A stretch of DNA of 64,000 nt from an uncultured Kangiella sp. (GCA_964601915.1 CAZRPK010000002.1:2000-65999); one strand, 5' to 3'; shown: positions 38,749 through 49,316, counted from the first letter of the stretch. Program-made: numbers and translations. The notes: generated from the letters alone by a model not told the origin.

Positions 38749-39897
38749 CTAAAGTCCTTGTATCTCGTCAACGCTAATGGGTAGTTCTTCCGAATTTAGC
38801 TCATAAGGTCTAATCATGACTAACATTCCGATTAAAGGGTGATCAAAGTAGTGAAGTTGGTTACTTCTCAATCTTCTATTTTGTTTTAGCGGATAGTTAA
38901 ACAAGCGTTCCGTGTACGCTTGTTTGTTATCTTCCGATAAAAAATCATCATCATATTGCCAAGAAAAAGCATCTGTATTTATTGATTGTTGTGTGAGTCC
39001 TGGTAAATCGGTTTCTGTTGATGGCTGGTTAGCGATATCATCTAAAGAGGGTAATGATGTTAAATCAAAAATATCAATTTGCTCTTTGCCTGGTCGACGA
39101 TAATAAAGATCTGTATCAAGGTGAAGATAGTTGCGATGAATGTAAACGATAATACTGCCATCAATTTCCGGCACCCAAGGTAATGCCACTAAAACGGGTT
39201 TGCCATCTTGATGCTTATCCGTTGGAGATGATTGTTGAGTTTGGGTCACTATTTCAGGCGCTAAATTATTTAAATGTGGCTCTTTTTCAATGGAAACTAT
39301 TTCGAGCTTCTTTTCCCCAGAGAACTCATAGGATTGTTGATAGTCGAATCCCCCAGCTATTCGTAAACGGGTCGCTTCGCGTTTGCTTAGCACGGGCTGT
39401 CGCCAAGAAAAATGCGCTAGAAGATCGTAGCTAACGTGTCTCGATATATTAAGCGCTTCTGTTTTAAGTTGAAGTAGATCATCATGCAGTAACACAAAAG
39501 GTTTCTCTTGTGCTAGATTTTCGGATCTAAGTTCTCTGGCTGTTAAAGAAGCGTCAGATGACTCTTTATTTTGGTTAACCGAGGATTGTGGGCCTTTGCC
39601 GAGATCAGATAGTGGGGCTGGATTTTGTTGTTTAGATTCTAATGTTTCAACGAAGCCAAATGGCTGTAAAAAATCAATTATTTCTTCCGGGAGCTTCATT
39701 TTGGTGTCGGTATCCCAAGATTCATTCTGTAGCCCTTTCTCGGAATTGGCTTTATAAAGAATAATTTCAACCTCAAACCAGCGAGGTTGTTCAATATCCT
39801 TATTATCGGCTTGCTCAGCGAAACCCAAGGCGGGCAATAACGCAACCCATCCGAACAACAAGAGGCCTGAAATGCTTTTTGTATTTTGTTTTTTCAT
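38749..39897 (-). CDS. csiV: CsiV-family (DUF2803) periplasmic protein
   Basis: Signal peptide 'LLLFGWVALLPALGFA'. 'RWFEVEIILYK' near the N-terminus and 'HYFDHPLIGMLVMIRPYE' near the C-terminus. The gene lies immediately downstream of mfd, as csiV does in Vibrio. Confidence 0.6.
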   Translation of the reverse strand: MKKQNTKSISGLLLFGWVALLPALGFAEQADNKDIEQPRWFEVEIILYKANSEKGLQNESWDTDTKMKLPEEIIDFLQPFGFVETLESKQQNPAPLSDLGKGPQSSVNQNKESSDASLTARELRSENLAQEKPFVLLHDDLLQLKTEALNISRHVSYDLLAHFSWRQPVLSKREATRLRIAGGFDYQQSYEFSGEKKLEIVSIEKEPHLNNLAPEIVTQTQQSSPTDKHQDGKPVLVALPWVPEIDGSIIVYIHRNYLHLDTDLYYRRPGKEQIDIFDLTSLPSLDDIANQPSTETDLPGLTQQSINTDAFSWQYDDDFLSEDNKQAYTERLFNYPLKQNRRLRSNQLHYFDHPLIGMLVMIRPYELNSEELPISVDEIQGL

Positions 39898-40025
39898 AAA
39901 TCGCTTAAATTTCCGATGTTGCTTGAATACCGATGTCATTTGAATATGAGTGTCACTTGGATATCTAGTAATGAGGTTAAATAATGGCCATTTCATTTGT
40001 ACTCAATCCATCCCAATCTTAACCT

Positions 40026-43000
40026 TTACTGGCTAAGTGTTTCAATTAAAGAATCAATTTGTTGCAATCTTTGAGGCAAATCCTCTGCACTTTGCTCTAC
40101 TTTTAACAAAGTCCCTTTGGCTAGTCTGTAGCGACTTGGATTACGTTGAATTAACTCAATTAATTGACTGGTGTTGATATTGGGGTTTCCACTAAATTCA
40201 ACACTGAACTGGGAGTCATTCGAATCAAGTTTAATCGCCCCTAATTGGGTCAGTTTGTTCTTTAATTCTGCCACTTCAAAAAGATTTTTTGCCTGATTGG
40301 GTAACAATCCGAATCGGTCTATTAATTCAACTTGTAATTCCCGCAGTGATTGATTATTTTGCGCGCTGGCAATGCGCTTATATAAAGACAACCGAATAGC
40401 AACATCGGGTACATAATCATCAGGCAGTAATGCCGAGATACCGAGATTAACTTCTGTTTGTTCGCTTTGTGCTCCTTCCAGAGATAGCGCCTCACCATTT
40501 TTTATCGCGGCAATCGCTCTTTCCAATAATTCCATATAAAGGCTAAAACCGATGGTCTGCATGTGACCGCTTTGTTCATCACCGAGTAGTTCACCTGCAC
40601 CTCGAATTTCCAGATCATGGGTCGCTAGAATAAACCCCGCTCCTAAATTTTCTAATTTTGAAATAGCTTGCAGGCGTTTTTGAGCATCTTTGGTGATGGT
40701 TTTGGGAGGAGGGGTTAGCAAGTAAGCATAAGCTTGATGATGAGATCGTCCGACCCGACCTCTTAGTTGGTGAAGTTGGGCTAAACCAAGTTTATCGGCT
40801 CTATCCATAATAATGGTATTGGCTGTGGGGATATCAATACCCGTTTCTATTATCGTAGTACAAACCAAAACATGATATCGATGATGATAAAATTGTTTCA
40901 TCACATCTTCTAATTGACGTTCTCTCATTTGGCCGTGGGCCACCGCAATCTCTATATCGGGAAGCAATTCTTGAATTTCGTTGGCTGTTCGATCGATTGT
41001 TTCTACCGAGTTATGTAGAAAAAAGACCTGACCACCACGCCTTATTTCCCGTTGAATGGCTTCTTTGATCAAAGGCTCGTTCCTTTGTCTGACAAAGGTT
41101 TTAATCGCTAATCGTTTTGCAGGAGGGGTAGCGATAATAGAAAGATCTCGCATCCCAGACATCGACATATTGAGCGTTCGAGGGATCGGAGTTGCCGTTA
41201 AGGTCAAAATATCAACCTTGGCGCGATAGGACTTGAGAATTTCTTTCTGTCGAACGCCAAATCGATGTTCTTCATCAATCACTAAAAGACCAAGATTATT
41301 AAATTTGAGATTGCCAGAAATTAATCCATGAGTACCAATAATTAAATCAATTTGACCTGATTCAAGTTTTTTTAAGGTTAACTTTTGTTGTTTTTTTGTT
41401 TGAAACCGGGAAAGTACCCCAATATTGATCGGCCATTGAGAAAAACGGTCTTGGAATGAATTAAAATGTTGCTGAGCAAGCAAGGTTGTTGGAACCAGCA
41501 TTGCTACCTGCATACCGTTTTGTACGCTGACAAAGGCAGCTCGCATCGCCACTTCAGTTTTACCAAATCCTACATCACCACAAATAAGGCGATCCATTGG
41601 TTGTTTGGAAGTCATGTCAGCGATCACTGCACCTATCGCATTGACTTGGTCCAGAGTCAATTCAAATGGGAACTCAGCTGCAAATTTTTCATAATCTAGT
41701 TTATTCAGATTGTGGGCATGACCAACTTCCGCACCGCGTCTGGCATAAATATCGAGTAGTTCGGCTGCGGTATCTCGGGCTTTCTCTATCGCTTTTCGTT
41801 TGGCTTTGCCCCAAGATTCACTGCCTAATTTATGCCAGGGTGCCGTTTCCGGACTGCTCCCCGAATAACGATGGATCTGATGAAGTGATTGCACGGGAAC
41901 ATAAAGTTTGTCACCGCCTGCGTACTCTAAGGTGAGGAATTCGGTGCAGATACCCCCGGCTTGGATCGTCTGTAATCCCAAATATCGACCCACACCTTGG
42001 TCCACGTGCACAACAGGATCGCCAATTTTCAATTCCGCCAGTGAGTGAATCAGTTGGTCTGGTGAAATAACTTTATCGCCACGTCGACGTACCTGCAAGA
42101 CCTGCCTACCGAAAAGGTCGCTTTCACAAATAACAAGATCCCCAGCAAAAGAAAATCCCTTTTCAACAGGTGCCGTAACCAGGTTAATCGACTCTTTAGA
42201 AGAATGAAACTGTTGCCAGCTTGTAATCTGATTAGTTTTTATATGGTTTTTTAATAGCAATTCTCTGATGACTTCCTGTCGACCAGTAGATTCTGCACAA
42301 ATCAGCAGCTTATTATAGGGTTGGCAAACTTGCTCAAATCGCAAAAGTGGAGCGCTAGCGCGATGTTCGATTTGTAGATCCGGACAAGGCGTAAATCCTA
42401 AGTCGATGGAGGGAGCCGATTTTGTTGATTTTTTTTCACTAAGAAAAACACTGGGATATTGCTTTTTGTTGGCTAACAATTCATCGAGACTCAAATATAG
42501 TTCGCGGGGTTCAACAATTGGTCTTTCAATATCATGGCGATGTTGTTGATAGCGTTCGTCCAGCTCTCGGCAAAACTGATCCACTGGATCTTCTATTGGA
42601 GCTGATTGAACAAAAATCGTATTGTTATTGGGCAAATAGTCAAAGATGGTCGACAGCGAATCAAAAAACAGTGGCAAATAATATTCGATCCCCGCAGGAA
42701 ATATTCCGCTACTCACATCTCGATAAATGGTTGATTCTTTGAGATTGCTATCAAATTTAGCTCGCCAATTCTGTCTAAAAAGGCTGATCGCAGCATCATC
42801 TGAAGGATATTCTCTAGCGGGTAGCAAGTTAATTTGGTTAACTTTTTGTGTCGTTAATTGAGTTTCGCTATCAAAATATCGTAACGATTCAATCTCATCA
42901 TCCAATAACTCTATCCTGATAGGATCTTTAACCCCCATTGGGTAAAGGTCTAGAATTGAGCCTCTTACAGCGTATTCGCCATACTCCATTACAGTACTAA

Positions 43001-43478
43001 CACTATGATATCCATTATTGTCGAGTAGTATCTTCAATTCTCTGATGTCGAATTTTTGGCCTTTTTCCAGCTGTAAACATTGTTGCTCAATATATTGTCT
43101 GGCCGGTAATTTTTGCAATGCTGAAGATATCGGTAACAAAAGGATCGAACGCTTAAGTCTTGGTAGTTGATAAAGGGTTTGCAATCGTTCTGAAACAATA
43201 TCCTGATGAGGTGAAAAATAATCGTAAGGAAGCGTTTCCCAGTCGGGCAAAGTGATTATTGAGATTTTATTCGGTAATTCTTTTTGCTGTTCATCAAGAA
43301 AGAACTCTATTTCCTTTTTTAGTGGCTGCAAAGAAGACGCATCAGGCAATAATACAACGATTAAGGAAGCTTGTGTTTGAGCCAAATTGACAAGAGTTAG
43401 GCCCAAAGCAGAGTTGGCCACGCCATGGTAGAAATTAACATAGCCGGGTTTTAATGTAAGTTCGAAGGTGGTATGCAA
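40026..43478 (-). CDS. mfd: Transcription-repair coupling factor Mfd
   Basis: 1150 aa. 'GDVGFGKTEVAMRAA', 'DEEHRFGV', 'TATPIPRTL', 'QLRGRVGRS'. The start appears to be TTG. Confidence 0.97.
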   Translation of the reverse strand: MHTTFELTLKPGYVNFYHGVANSALGLTLVNLAQTQASLIVVLLPDASSLQPLKKEIEFFLDEQQKELPNKISIITLPDWETLPYDYFSPHQDIVSERLQTLYQLPRLKRSILLLPISSALQKLPARQYIEQQCLQLEKGQKFDIRELKILLDNNGYHSVSTVMEYGEYAVRGSILDLYPMGVKDPIRIELLDDEIESLRYFDSETQLTTQKVNQINLLPAREYPSDDAAISLFRQNWRAKFDSNLKESTIYRDVSSGIFPAGIEYYLPLFFDSLSTIFDYLPNNNTIFVQSAPIEDPVDQFCRELDERYQQHRHDIERPIVEPRELYLSLDELLANKKQYPSVFLSEKKSTKSAPSIDLGFTPCPDLQIEHRASAPLLRFEQVCQPYNKLLICAESTGRQEVIRELLLKNHIKTNQITSWQQFHSSKESINLVTAPVEKGFSFAGDLVICESDLFGRQVLQVRRRGDKVISPDQLIHSLAELKIGDPVVHVDQGVGRYLGLQTIQAGGICTEFLTLEYAGGDKLYVPVQSLHQIHRYSGSSPETAPWHKLGSESWGKAKRKAIEKARDTAAELLDIYARRGAEVGHAHNLNKLDYEKFAAEFPFELTLDQVNAIGAVIADMTSKQPMDRLICGDVGFGKTEVAMRAAFVSVQNGMQVAMLVPTTLLAQQHFNSFQDRFSQWPINIGVLSRFQTKKQQKLTLKKLESGQIDLIIGTHGLISGNLKFNNLGLLVIDEEHRFGVRQKEILKSYRAKVDILTLTATPIPRTLNMSMSGMRDLSIIATPPAKRLAIKTFVRQRNEPLIKEAIQREIRRGGQVFFLHNSVETIDRTANEIQELLPDIEIAVAHGQMRERQLEDVMKQFYHHRYHVLVCTTIIETGIDIPTANTIIMDRADKLGLAQLHQLRGRVGRSHHQAYAYLLTPPPKTITKDAQKRLQAISKLENLGAGFILATHDLEIRGAGELLGDEQSGHMQTIGFSLYMELLERAIAAIKNGEALSLEGAQSEQTEVNLGISALLPDDYVPDVAIRLSLYKRIASAQNNQSLRELQVELIDRFGLLPNQAKNLFEVAELKNKLTQLGAIKLDSNDSQFSVEFSGNPNINTSQLIELIQRNPSRYRLAKGTLLKVEQSAEDLPQRLQQIDSLIETLSQ

Positions 43479-44117
43479 GGAATATAGTATCTTTTATGAG
43501 GAAAAATGAGGTCAATCCAGATGCTTGGATGATCCTAAAATAATCTGTTGGATTATACACTAGCATGCTTGTTTGTTTAGCTTATACCTTAAGATATTTG
43601 AAAAATATCTTAATTGGGTCTCTCAGTGATCTTGCACTTGGTTCCTCTTTTATTTAGACACTGATACGACTCAATCCTAGGCAAAGTATTCAAAAGACTA
43701 CGAAATCCTTATACTCGATTTATCATGAAAAATGCTTTATATGTAAACTATAAACTAAAAATAGTGTTTAAAAACAAAAAGATACTAAGGCTAGTTAGAA
43801 TTAACTTGAACTTTAGATATAAAAAGAAATTGATAAAGAAATTTTAATAACAATTAAATATTGGCGAAACTTTTTCATCCCATCTACTGTCAAAGATATG
43901 GGACGGGGCAGTCAACAGGGTTATTTCTTCGTTTCAGTTAGTTCAGCTGATCAACCATTAAGGACCCATTAAGCTTACTAATCCAATATTGATTGTCTGG
44001 CTCCAAACATCTGGATATTGTACATATTCTAGATATCGCCAATATGCTGGTGTTCAATAAAACATCTGTATAGGTTATTTTTGAAAAAGATATTTAATCA
44101 TCGAGGTGACAATAGAT

Positions 44118-44291
44118 ATGAAAAGACAAAAACGCGATCGTTTCGAAAGAGCACACAATAAAGGATACAATGCAGGGATCAGTGGCAAAGCAAGTGACAG
44201 CTGTCCATTTTCTACAACTGATATTAAAGAGCACTGGTTAGGAGGCTGGCGTGAAGCAAGAAGCGCAGTGGGTGAAGGATATTTTAACTGA
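44118..44291 (+). CDS. rmf: Ribosome modulation factor
   Basis: 'MKRQKRDRFERAHNKGYNAGISGKASDSCPF...WLGGWREA' closely parallels E. coli RMF. ATG at 44118 is preferred over the GTG at 44106. Confidence 0.9.
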   Translation: MKRQKRDRFERAHNKGYNAGISGKASDSCPFSTTDIKEHWLGGWREARSAVGEGYFN

Positions 44292-44541
44292 TTAATATAC
44301 AGACTAGTCAGGAATGATCGATAGGTTCCGACTAAAATACAAAAGCCTGCATCTTCGGATCTTTAATATCAACTCGCTAAAATACGGGTGCTGAGTCGTT
44401 GCTCTTATCTCGTTGAGGTTATTTACCGTTATATGCGGGCTTTTTTTATTTTTCTTAAGCACCTATTGAATAAGTTTATTGTGCGGATAAATTGTTGGTA
44501 TAATCTCTCCTAATCACTATTTGCCTGTAATTACTCCATTT

Positions 44542-45561
44542 ATGTCTCAAATCGAGAAGTTTGACTTTCCATTCCCAGTCCCGCCTCCCAAAATCAGTGA
44601 ACAGGAAAAACACCGTCTTGTCAAAATATGCAAACAACAGTTAATGGATAACAATGCGGTTTTAATTGCGCACTATTATACCGATCCAGAAATACAGGCA
44701 CTAGCAGAAGCAACTGGCGGTTTTGTTGGCGATTCTTTAGAAATGGCTAAATTTGGGGCAAAACACCCCGCAGAGACCTTGGTCATCGCTGGTGTTCGAT
44801 TTATGGGGGAAACCTCTAAAATGCTCAGCCCTCAAAAGCGTGTAATCATGCCGACTTTGGAGGCTACCTGTTCGTTAGATATAGGTTGTGAAGCCAGTGA
44901 ATTCGCCGATTTTATAAAAATCAATCCAGGTAGAACCGTGGTTGTTTATGCCAATACCTCCGCCGCAGTCAAAGCCCAAGCAGATTGGGTAATAACCAGC
45001 AGTATTGCTGTCGATGTGATTCAGTATCTGGATGCAAAAGGAGAAAAAATCTTATGGGCTCCCGACAAACATCTAGGTGCGTACATTCAAAAACAGACCG
45101 GTGCCGATATGTTGCTGTGGGACGGTCATTGTATTGTTCATGACGAGTTTAAGCATATTGCACTGAGAAATACTAAAGCGCTTTATCCTGATGCAACTGT
45201 TTTAGTACACCCGGAATCCCCTGACAAAGTAATCCAATTGGCTGATCATGTGGGCTCTACCTCTCAGTTAATTCAAGCGGCGCGATCAAGTGCCTCTTCT
45301 CGCATCATTGTAGCCACCGATCAGGGTATTTTTTATAAAATGCAGCAGGCCGCACCAGATAAAGAATTGATTATTGCACCAACGGCCGGAGAAGGCGCCA
45401 CGTGTAAAAGTTGCGCTCAATGTCCTTGGATGAAAATGAATCAACTGACTAATATGACCGGAGTCTTTGAGCCACAAAATAATGAGATTTTTGTGTCAGA
45501 AAAGCTCATTCAACAGGCTCTTAAACCACTCACAAGGATGGTTGAATTTAAACTAAATTGA
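44542..45561 (+). CDS. nadA: Quinolinate synthase A
   Basis: '[18 protein letters not shown]', '[15 protein letters not shown]', '[22 protein letters not shown]', '[18 protein letters not shown]'. ATG at 44542 aligns with the E. coli N-terminus. Confidence 0.95.
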   Translation: MSQIEKFDFPFPVPPPKISEQEKHRLVKICKQQLMDNNAVLIAHYYTDPEIQALAEATGGFVGDSLEMAKFGAKHPAETLVIAGVRFMGETSKMLSPQKRVIMPTLEATCSLDIGCEASEFADFIKINPGRTVVVYANTSAAVKAQADWVITSSIAVDVIQYLDAKGEKILWAPDKHLGAYIQKQTGADMLLWDGHCIVHDEFKHIALRNTKALYPDATVLVHPESPDKVIQLADHVGSTSQLIQAARSSASSRIIVATDQGIFYKMQQAAPDKELIIAPTAGEGATCKSCAQCPWMKMNQLTNMTGVFEPQNNEIFVSEKLIQQALKPLTRMVEFKLN

Positions 45562-45634
45562 TCAATTAATATCACGATAAATAACGCAATTGAAATTCAA
45601 CTGATTAATTATTTATGGATTATTCTAGGGTTAA

Positions 45635-46762
45635 CTACAACTTAGTCGAAAAGGTCGGTTGATTGCTTTTTGACTTAGTCGAGAGTGAAGGTGGGGGTTT
45701 TCCACTTTCAGAAAGTCTCATTTGTAGGTTTAAGTCAGTGCGTGATTCAGCAAATCGTAAAGCATCTTCTTTGGTTATTATCTCATCCTTATAAAGTTTA
45801 AATAGTGATTGATCAAAGGACATCATGCCATCCATGTGATGTTTTTCGATAGCTTTCTTGAGCTCTTCTAAATTACCCTTTTGAATAATTTCCTGGATAT
45901 CGGGTGCTTTCATCAATATTTCTAAAGCGGCCACTCGTTTACCATCCTGACTCATAACCAAACGTTGTGAAACAATCCCTTTTAAAACACTGGCAAGCTC
46001 TTTCATCAAAGTCGAGCGTTGCTCTTTGGGGATCATATTTCTAATACGTTCTAAAACTTGTTTTGAATTATTTCCGTGTATGGTGGCAAGGCACAGGTGT
46101 CCTGTCTGGGCATAACTCAATGCGTATTGCATGGCTTCTTCATCGCGGATTTCACCGATAAGTATCAGATCTGGAGCCTCTCGCATTGCATTTTTAAGTG
46201 CGTGGTGATAACTCTTAGTATCAACCCCTATTTCACGTTGATCAATGATTGATAGTTTGTGCTCATGCAAAAATTCAATTGGATCTTCGATTGTCAAAAT
46301 ATGGCTGGTATCTCTTCGGTTTCGATAGTCGATCATCGCTGCCAAAGTGGTCGATTTACCGGAACCGGTTGGACCACAAATGAGTACCAGTCCGGAACGC
46401 TCCATCACTAACTGACTGACGGTCGCTGGTAAACAAAGCTTTTCAAGATTTGGAATATCTGATTTGATATGGCGCATTACCATACCGACTTCACCTCGTT
46501 GCATGAAAACATTGACGCGGAAGCGCCCAATATCATCCACCGAAATAGCAAAATTTTGTTCCCATTCTTCTTCAAATTCATCAATTTGTTTTTGAGTCAT
46601 TACGTCATAGGCAATATTTTTAATAGCGCCAGAGGGAAGGGCTCCTTGACCCATAGGAGTAGAAACCCCCTCAATTTTCATATGCGGAGGCGCACCGGTA
46701 CTAAAAAACAGATCAGAGGCATTTTTTTCGGCCATTAGACGAAGTAATAACTTAATATCCAT
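45635..46762 (-). CDS. pilU: Type IV pilus retraction ATPase, PilU subtype
   Basis: 'LLLRLMAEKNASDLFFSTGAPPHMKIEG', 'NFAISVDDIGRFRVN', Walker A 'GPTGSGKST', 'TGHLCLATIHGNN', 'DLNLQMRL'. This is closer to PilU than to PilT. Confidence 0.88.
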   Translation of the reverse strand: MDIKLLLRLMAEKNASDLFFSTGAPPHMKIEGVSTPMGQGALPSGAIKNIAYDVMTQKQIDEFEEEWEQNFAISVDDIGRFRVNVFMQRGEVGMVMRHIKSDIPNLEKLCLPATVSQLVMERSGLVLICGPTGSGKSTTLAAMIDYRNRRDTSHILTIEDPIEFLHEHKLSIIDQREIGVDTKSYHHALKNAMREAPDLILIGEIRDEEAMQYALSYAQTGHLCLATIHGNNSKQVLERIRNMIPKEQRSTLMKELASVLKGIVSQRLVMSQDGKRVAALEILMKAPDIQEIIQKGNLEELKKAIEKHHMDGMMSFDQSLFKLYKDEIITKEDALRFAESRTDLNLQMRLSESGKPPPSLSTKSKSNQPTFSTKL

Positions 46763-46902
46763 TAACTAACTTTCTCGCGATTGAATCATTATTGTTTGTA
46801 ACTCTTGTTATTTATAATATTAGCACAGAGTGATAACGGGCTAATTATAACTAGTGAAATAATTATAGCCCATTATTTTGTAAAAATATCTTTTATAAAG
46901 GA

Positions 46903-46929
46903 TTGCCATTCAATGTATTTTTGTATAAT
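46903..46929 (+). promoter_or_regulatory. Candidate sigma70 promoter for tRNA-Ser (extended -10, GC-rich discriminator)
   Basis: 'ttgcca' (46903-08), 15-nt spacer ending in TG, 'tataat' (46924-29), then 'ctacgcgcc'. It lies about 65 nt upstream of the tRNA. The spacer is short, so this is tentative. Confidence 0.35.
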
Positions 46930-46992
46930 CTACGCGCCTCGAAGTTCGATAGAGCACGAATTGTAGTGCTGCGTTGATTTTGAAGATCAAAA

Positions 46993-47082
46993 GGTGAGTT
47001 GTCCGAGCGGCTGAAGGAGCTACCCTGGAAAGGTAGTATAGGAGCAATCTTATCGAGGGTTCGAATCCCTCACTCACCGCCA
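46993..47082 (+). tRNA. tRNA-Ser (anticodon GGA), class II with long variable arm, CCA encoded
   Basis: Acceptor ggtgagt/actcacc, anticodon stem ctacc/ggtag with loop 'ctGGAaa', long variable arm, T-arm 'gagggttcgaatccctc', 3' 'gcca'. Confidence 0.9.
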
Positions 47083-47089
47083 ATAAAGA
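47064..47089. repeat. Direct repeat copy 1 (tRNA-Ser 3' end plus 7 nt), att-like
   Basis: 'aatccctcactcaccgccaataaaga' is repeated exactly at 47248-47273. Similarity extends to 32 bp with one mismatch. Confidence 0.85.
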
Positions 47090-47247
47090 GATAGAACATA
47101 TTGACGATAATCCGGTATTGGTTGATAAAATTAATGCTTGGATCGTGAGGAATTTGAACCTAATCGAGGGTTTGACTAAATTGTCTGGAACAATTTAGAA
47201 CAGCGTAAGCTGGCCTCGAAGAGGTGAAGTACATGGATGTACGGAAT

Positions 47248-47273
47248 AATCCCTCACTCACCGCCAATAAAGA
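47248..47273. repeat. Direct repeat copy 2 (displaced tRNA-Ser 3' end), att-like scar
   Basis: Exact 26-bp copy of 47064-47089. It is preceded at about 47150 by a second short tRNA-derived piece, 'atcgagggtt'. Confidence 0.85.
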
Positions 47274-47289
47274 AATAGATTTACCCATA

Positions 47290-47405
47290 ATGGTGGTCCT
47301 ATTGGTCCTCCCGCAATGATAGATAGTGAACTCCGCCAGGCCCGGAAGGGAGCAACGGTAGCAATCGACTCATGTGCCGGGATGTGGCTGGTGGGACTGC
47401 CTCCA
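47290..47405 (+). ncRNA. ffs: Signal recognition particle RNA (4.5S RNA)
   Basis: 'ggtcctcccgcaa...ccaggcccGGAAgggagcaacggtagc...gtgccgggatgtggctggtggg' parallels E. coli 4.5S RNA, including the GGAA tetraloop. The 5' 'ggtggtcc' pairs with the 3' 'ggactgcc'. Confidence 0.85.
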
Positions 47406-47491
47406 TCTTCTTGTAAGGCCCTACTTTAAAGGCTTTGCTCATTAAATATCTTCAAAGTTAATCATTACGTGTATCACTTTGAGGTTAGATC

Positions 47492-47878
47492 ATGCACCTA
47501 TTATTCTCTCGTCACGGTATCTGGTATTACCGGAAGTCTTATTCATTAGAAACAGGTAAGAGAAAAGAAATCCGCAAGAGCTTAGGAACTAAGGATAAAC
47601 GTGAAGCTAAACTTCTAGTTTCAAGAATTAGCGAGTGATGGAGCATTGGAAAGCTTCAAAAAAATCTTTTGCAGCTATGCCTATCAAGTGGTACTCCGAC
47701 TTTCGAAACAGACATAATTTACCGGATTATCATTCGCTAAGACATACCGTTGCTAACGGTTCCTGCTCAGTGCACTGCTACGATATTGGGACATGCAAAT
47801 GGCAATATTACCTTTGATCGGTATGGTCATGATGTATTATTTGAAAAGCTTCAGATGGCTGTAGAATCTATTAAATAG
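47492..47878 (+). pseudogene. Phage-type tyrosine integrase remnant (N-terminal 48 codons plus frameshifted C-terminal catalytic end)
   Basis: 'MHLLFSRHGIWYYRKSY...' stops at 47636-38. Further on, 'DYHSLRHTVAN' (HxxR box) and, in another frame, 'ILGHANGNITFDRYGH' (catalytic Tyr box) end at 47878. Most of the roughly 400-aa enzyme is missing. Confidence 0.75.
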
Positions 47879-47981
47879 ATTTAATGATTGCATTCCGCTA
47901 CTTGTTCGAGTAGTCTAATTTCGTCTTTCTGGGTCATATAGGGGCGATATACAGTGATATCATTCCATAATAGGTTGATTA

Positions 47982-49316
47982 ATGAACAGTAAATCTGCAT
48001 TCGAGTTACTCCATGAAGTCTTGGAAATCTGGACAGTTCCTCATATCGCTGAGATAACGGGGTTAAGTGTAGATAGAATCAAGAGGTTCAAAAGATTCAA
48101 GAATACCGACCAACAAGAGCTTGATCTATTATTTCCATTCAAAGCTTATCAGAGGCTTGAAGAGCTGTTACCTGAACCAGATACTAATGAAGATTTTACG
48201 TTTATAGATTTGTTTGCCGGTATCGGAGGGATCAGAAAAGGCTTCAGCGATTCAGGAGGACGGTGTCTTCTTACCTGTGAATGGGATGATTATGCAGTTA
48301 GAACATATAAAGCTAATTGGGGAAAGTGTGATGGACATAAGTTTGTAAGAGATATCAAAACGCTCACTCAACCAGAAGGCATTGCAGAGAGTAAAAGAAA
48401 AAAGCATATTCAATCATCCATTCCAGATCATGATGTTCTACTTGCTGGATTTCCTTGCCAACCGTTTTCATTAGCCGGTGTATCAAAGAAGAACTCATTG
48501 GGTCGAAGTCATGGTTTTGATTGTGAAGATCAAGGGCAGTTATTCTTTGATATATTAAGAATACTTGAAGCGAAGTCCCCTAAATTTATTGTTCTTGAAA
48601 ATGTTAAGAACTTAAAGAGCCATGATAAAGGAAATACCTTCAAAGTCATTAAATCCAAACTAACTGAAACTGGTTATTGGATAGCCAATCTTGAAGATGA
48701 CAAGCCCGATCCAAAGATCATTGATGGAGCTAAATTTCTACCACAGCATCGAGAGAGAATCGTCCTAATTGGATTTAGAAATGATATTGCAGACCAACTT
48801 AGAGCGGAAAAACACTTTAATATGAAAGATATTGTGCAGTACTTTCCTGAAGTAAAACCTACTCTCAAAGATATACTAGAACCAAATTCAAAAGTTGATA
48901 AAAAATACACTCTAAGTCAGAAACTCTGGGAATTCCTCTTCAATTATGCAGCTAAGCATAGGGCAAAAGGGAATGGTTTTGGTTATGGTATGGTTAAACG
49001 AAGTTCTGTTCAGGATACTCGCACACTCTCAGCTAGGTATCATAAAGATGGATCTGAAATACTAATACATCAAGAAGGGTTAAAAAGAGCAGAGGGCAGG
49101 CCAAGACGTTTAACTCCACAAGAATGTGCAAGACTTATGGGGTTCTACGCAAAAGGGGAAAAAAAGATGTTAATTCCTGTGTCAGATACTAGAGCATATA
49201 GACAGTTTGGAAACTCAGTTATTGTACCTGTTTTTAGTTCCGTAGCTAAAATGCTTAACCCCTATATAATGAAGTCCTTGATGTTGGAAACTAAGACAAA
49301 AAAACGTTCTGCATAG
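47982..49316 (+). CDS. DNA (cytosine-5)-methyltransferase, Dcm/M.EcoRII-like
   Basis: Motif I 'FIDLFAGIGGIRKGF', IV 'GFPCQPFS', VI 'ENVKNL', TRD 'TLSARYHKDGSEILI', IX-X 'RRLTPQECARLMGF...IPVSDTRAYRQFGNSVIVPVF'. The C-terminal half parallels E. coli Dcm (CCWGG). Confidence 0.93.
   Translation: MNSKSAFELLHEVLEIWTVPHIAEITGLSVDRIKRFKRFKNTDQQELDLLFPFKAYQRLEELLPEPDTNEDFTFIDLFAGIGGIRKGFSDSGGRCLLTCEWDDYAVRTYKANWGKCDGHKFVRDIKTLTQPEGIAESKRKKHIQSSIPDHDVLLAGFPCQPFSLAGVSKKNSLGRSHGFDCEDQGQLFFDILRILEAKSPKFIVLENVKNLKSHDKGNTFKVIKSKLTETGYWIANLEDDKPDPKIIDGAKFLPQHRERIVLIGFRNDIADQLRAEKHFNMKDIVQYFPEVKPTLKDILEPNSKVDKKYTLSQKLWEFLFNYAAKHRAKGNGFGYGMVKRSSVQDTRTLSARYHKDGSEILIHQEGLKRAEGRPRRLTPQECARLMGFYAKGEKKMLIPVSDTRAYRQFGNSVIVPVFSSVAKMLNPYIMKSLMLETKTKKRSA

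Noticed and set aside
41466-42742. Plus-strand ORFs 41466-41699, 41666-41935 and 42518-42742. Similar antisense ORFs in the track include 700-885, 4279-4464, 12932-13114, 14222-14518, 19638-19856, 23529-24123, 27219-27491, 31344-31556, 34810-35007, 36560-36823, 46469-46738, 48674-48910 and 53178-53387.
   Set aside because: They are shadow ORFs antisense to well-supported genes (mfd and the others). They have no motifs and no independent translation signals.
43591-43611. AT-rich palindrome 'aagatattt-gaa-aaatatctt' in the 627-bp mfd/rmf intergenic region.
   Set aside because: Such palindromes are expected by chance in very AT-rich spacer, and there is no second copy or obvious associated promoter.
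44292-44460. Possible Rho-independent terminator after rmf (T-run at about 44443-44450).
   Set aside because: I could not find a convincing GC-rich stem immediately preceding the T-run.
47150-47260. Idea that 'gagggtt...[about 72 nt]...gaataatccctc' is a second tRNA gene with an intron in the T-loop.
   Set aside because: No acceptor 5' half, D-arm or anticodon arm is present upstream, and bacterial tRNA introns occur in the anticodon loop. Integration scars explain it better.
47635-47817. 60-aa ORF listed in the track as a possible gene.
   Set aside because: It contains the 'HSLRHT' box of a tyrosine recombinase and continues in another frame with the catalytic Tyr box. It is part of the integrase pseudogene, not an independent gene.
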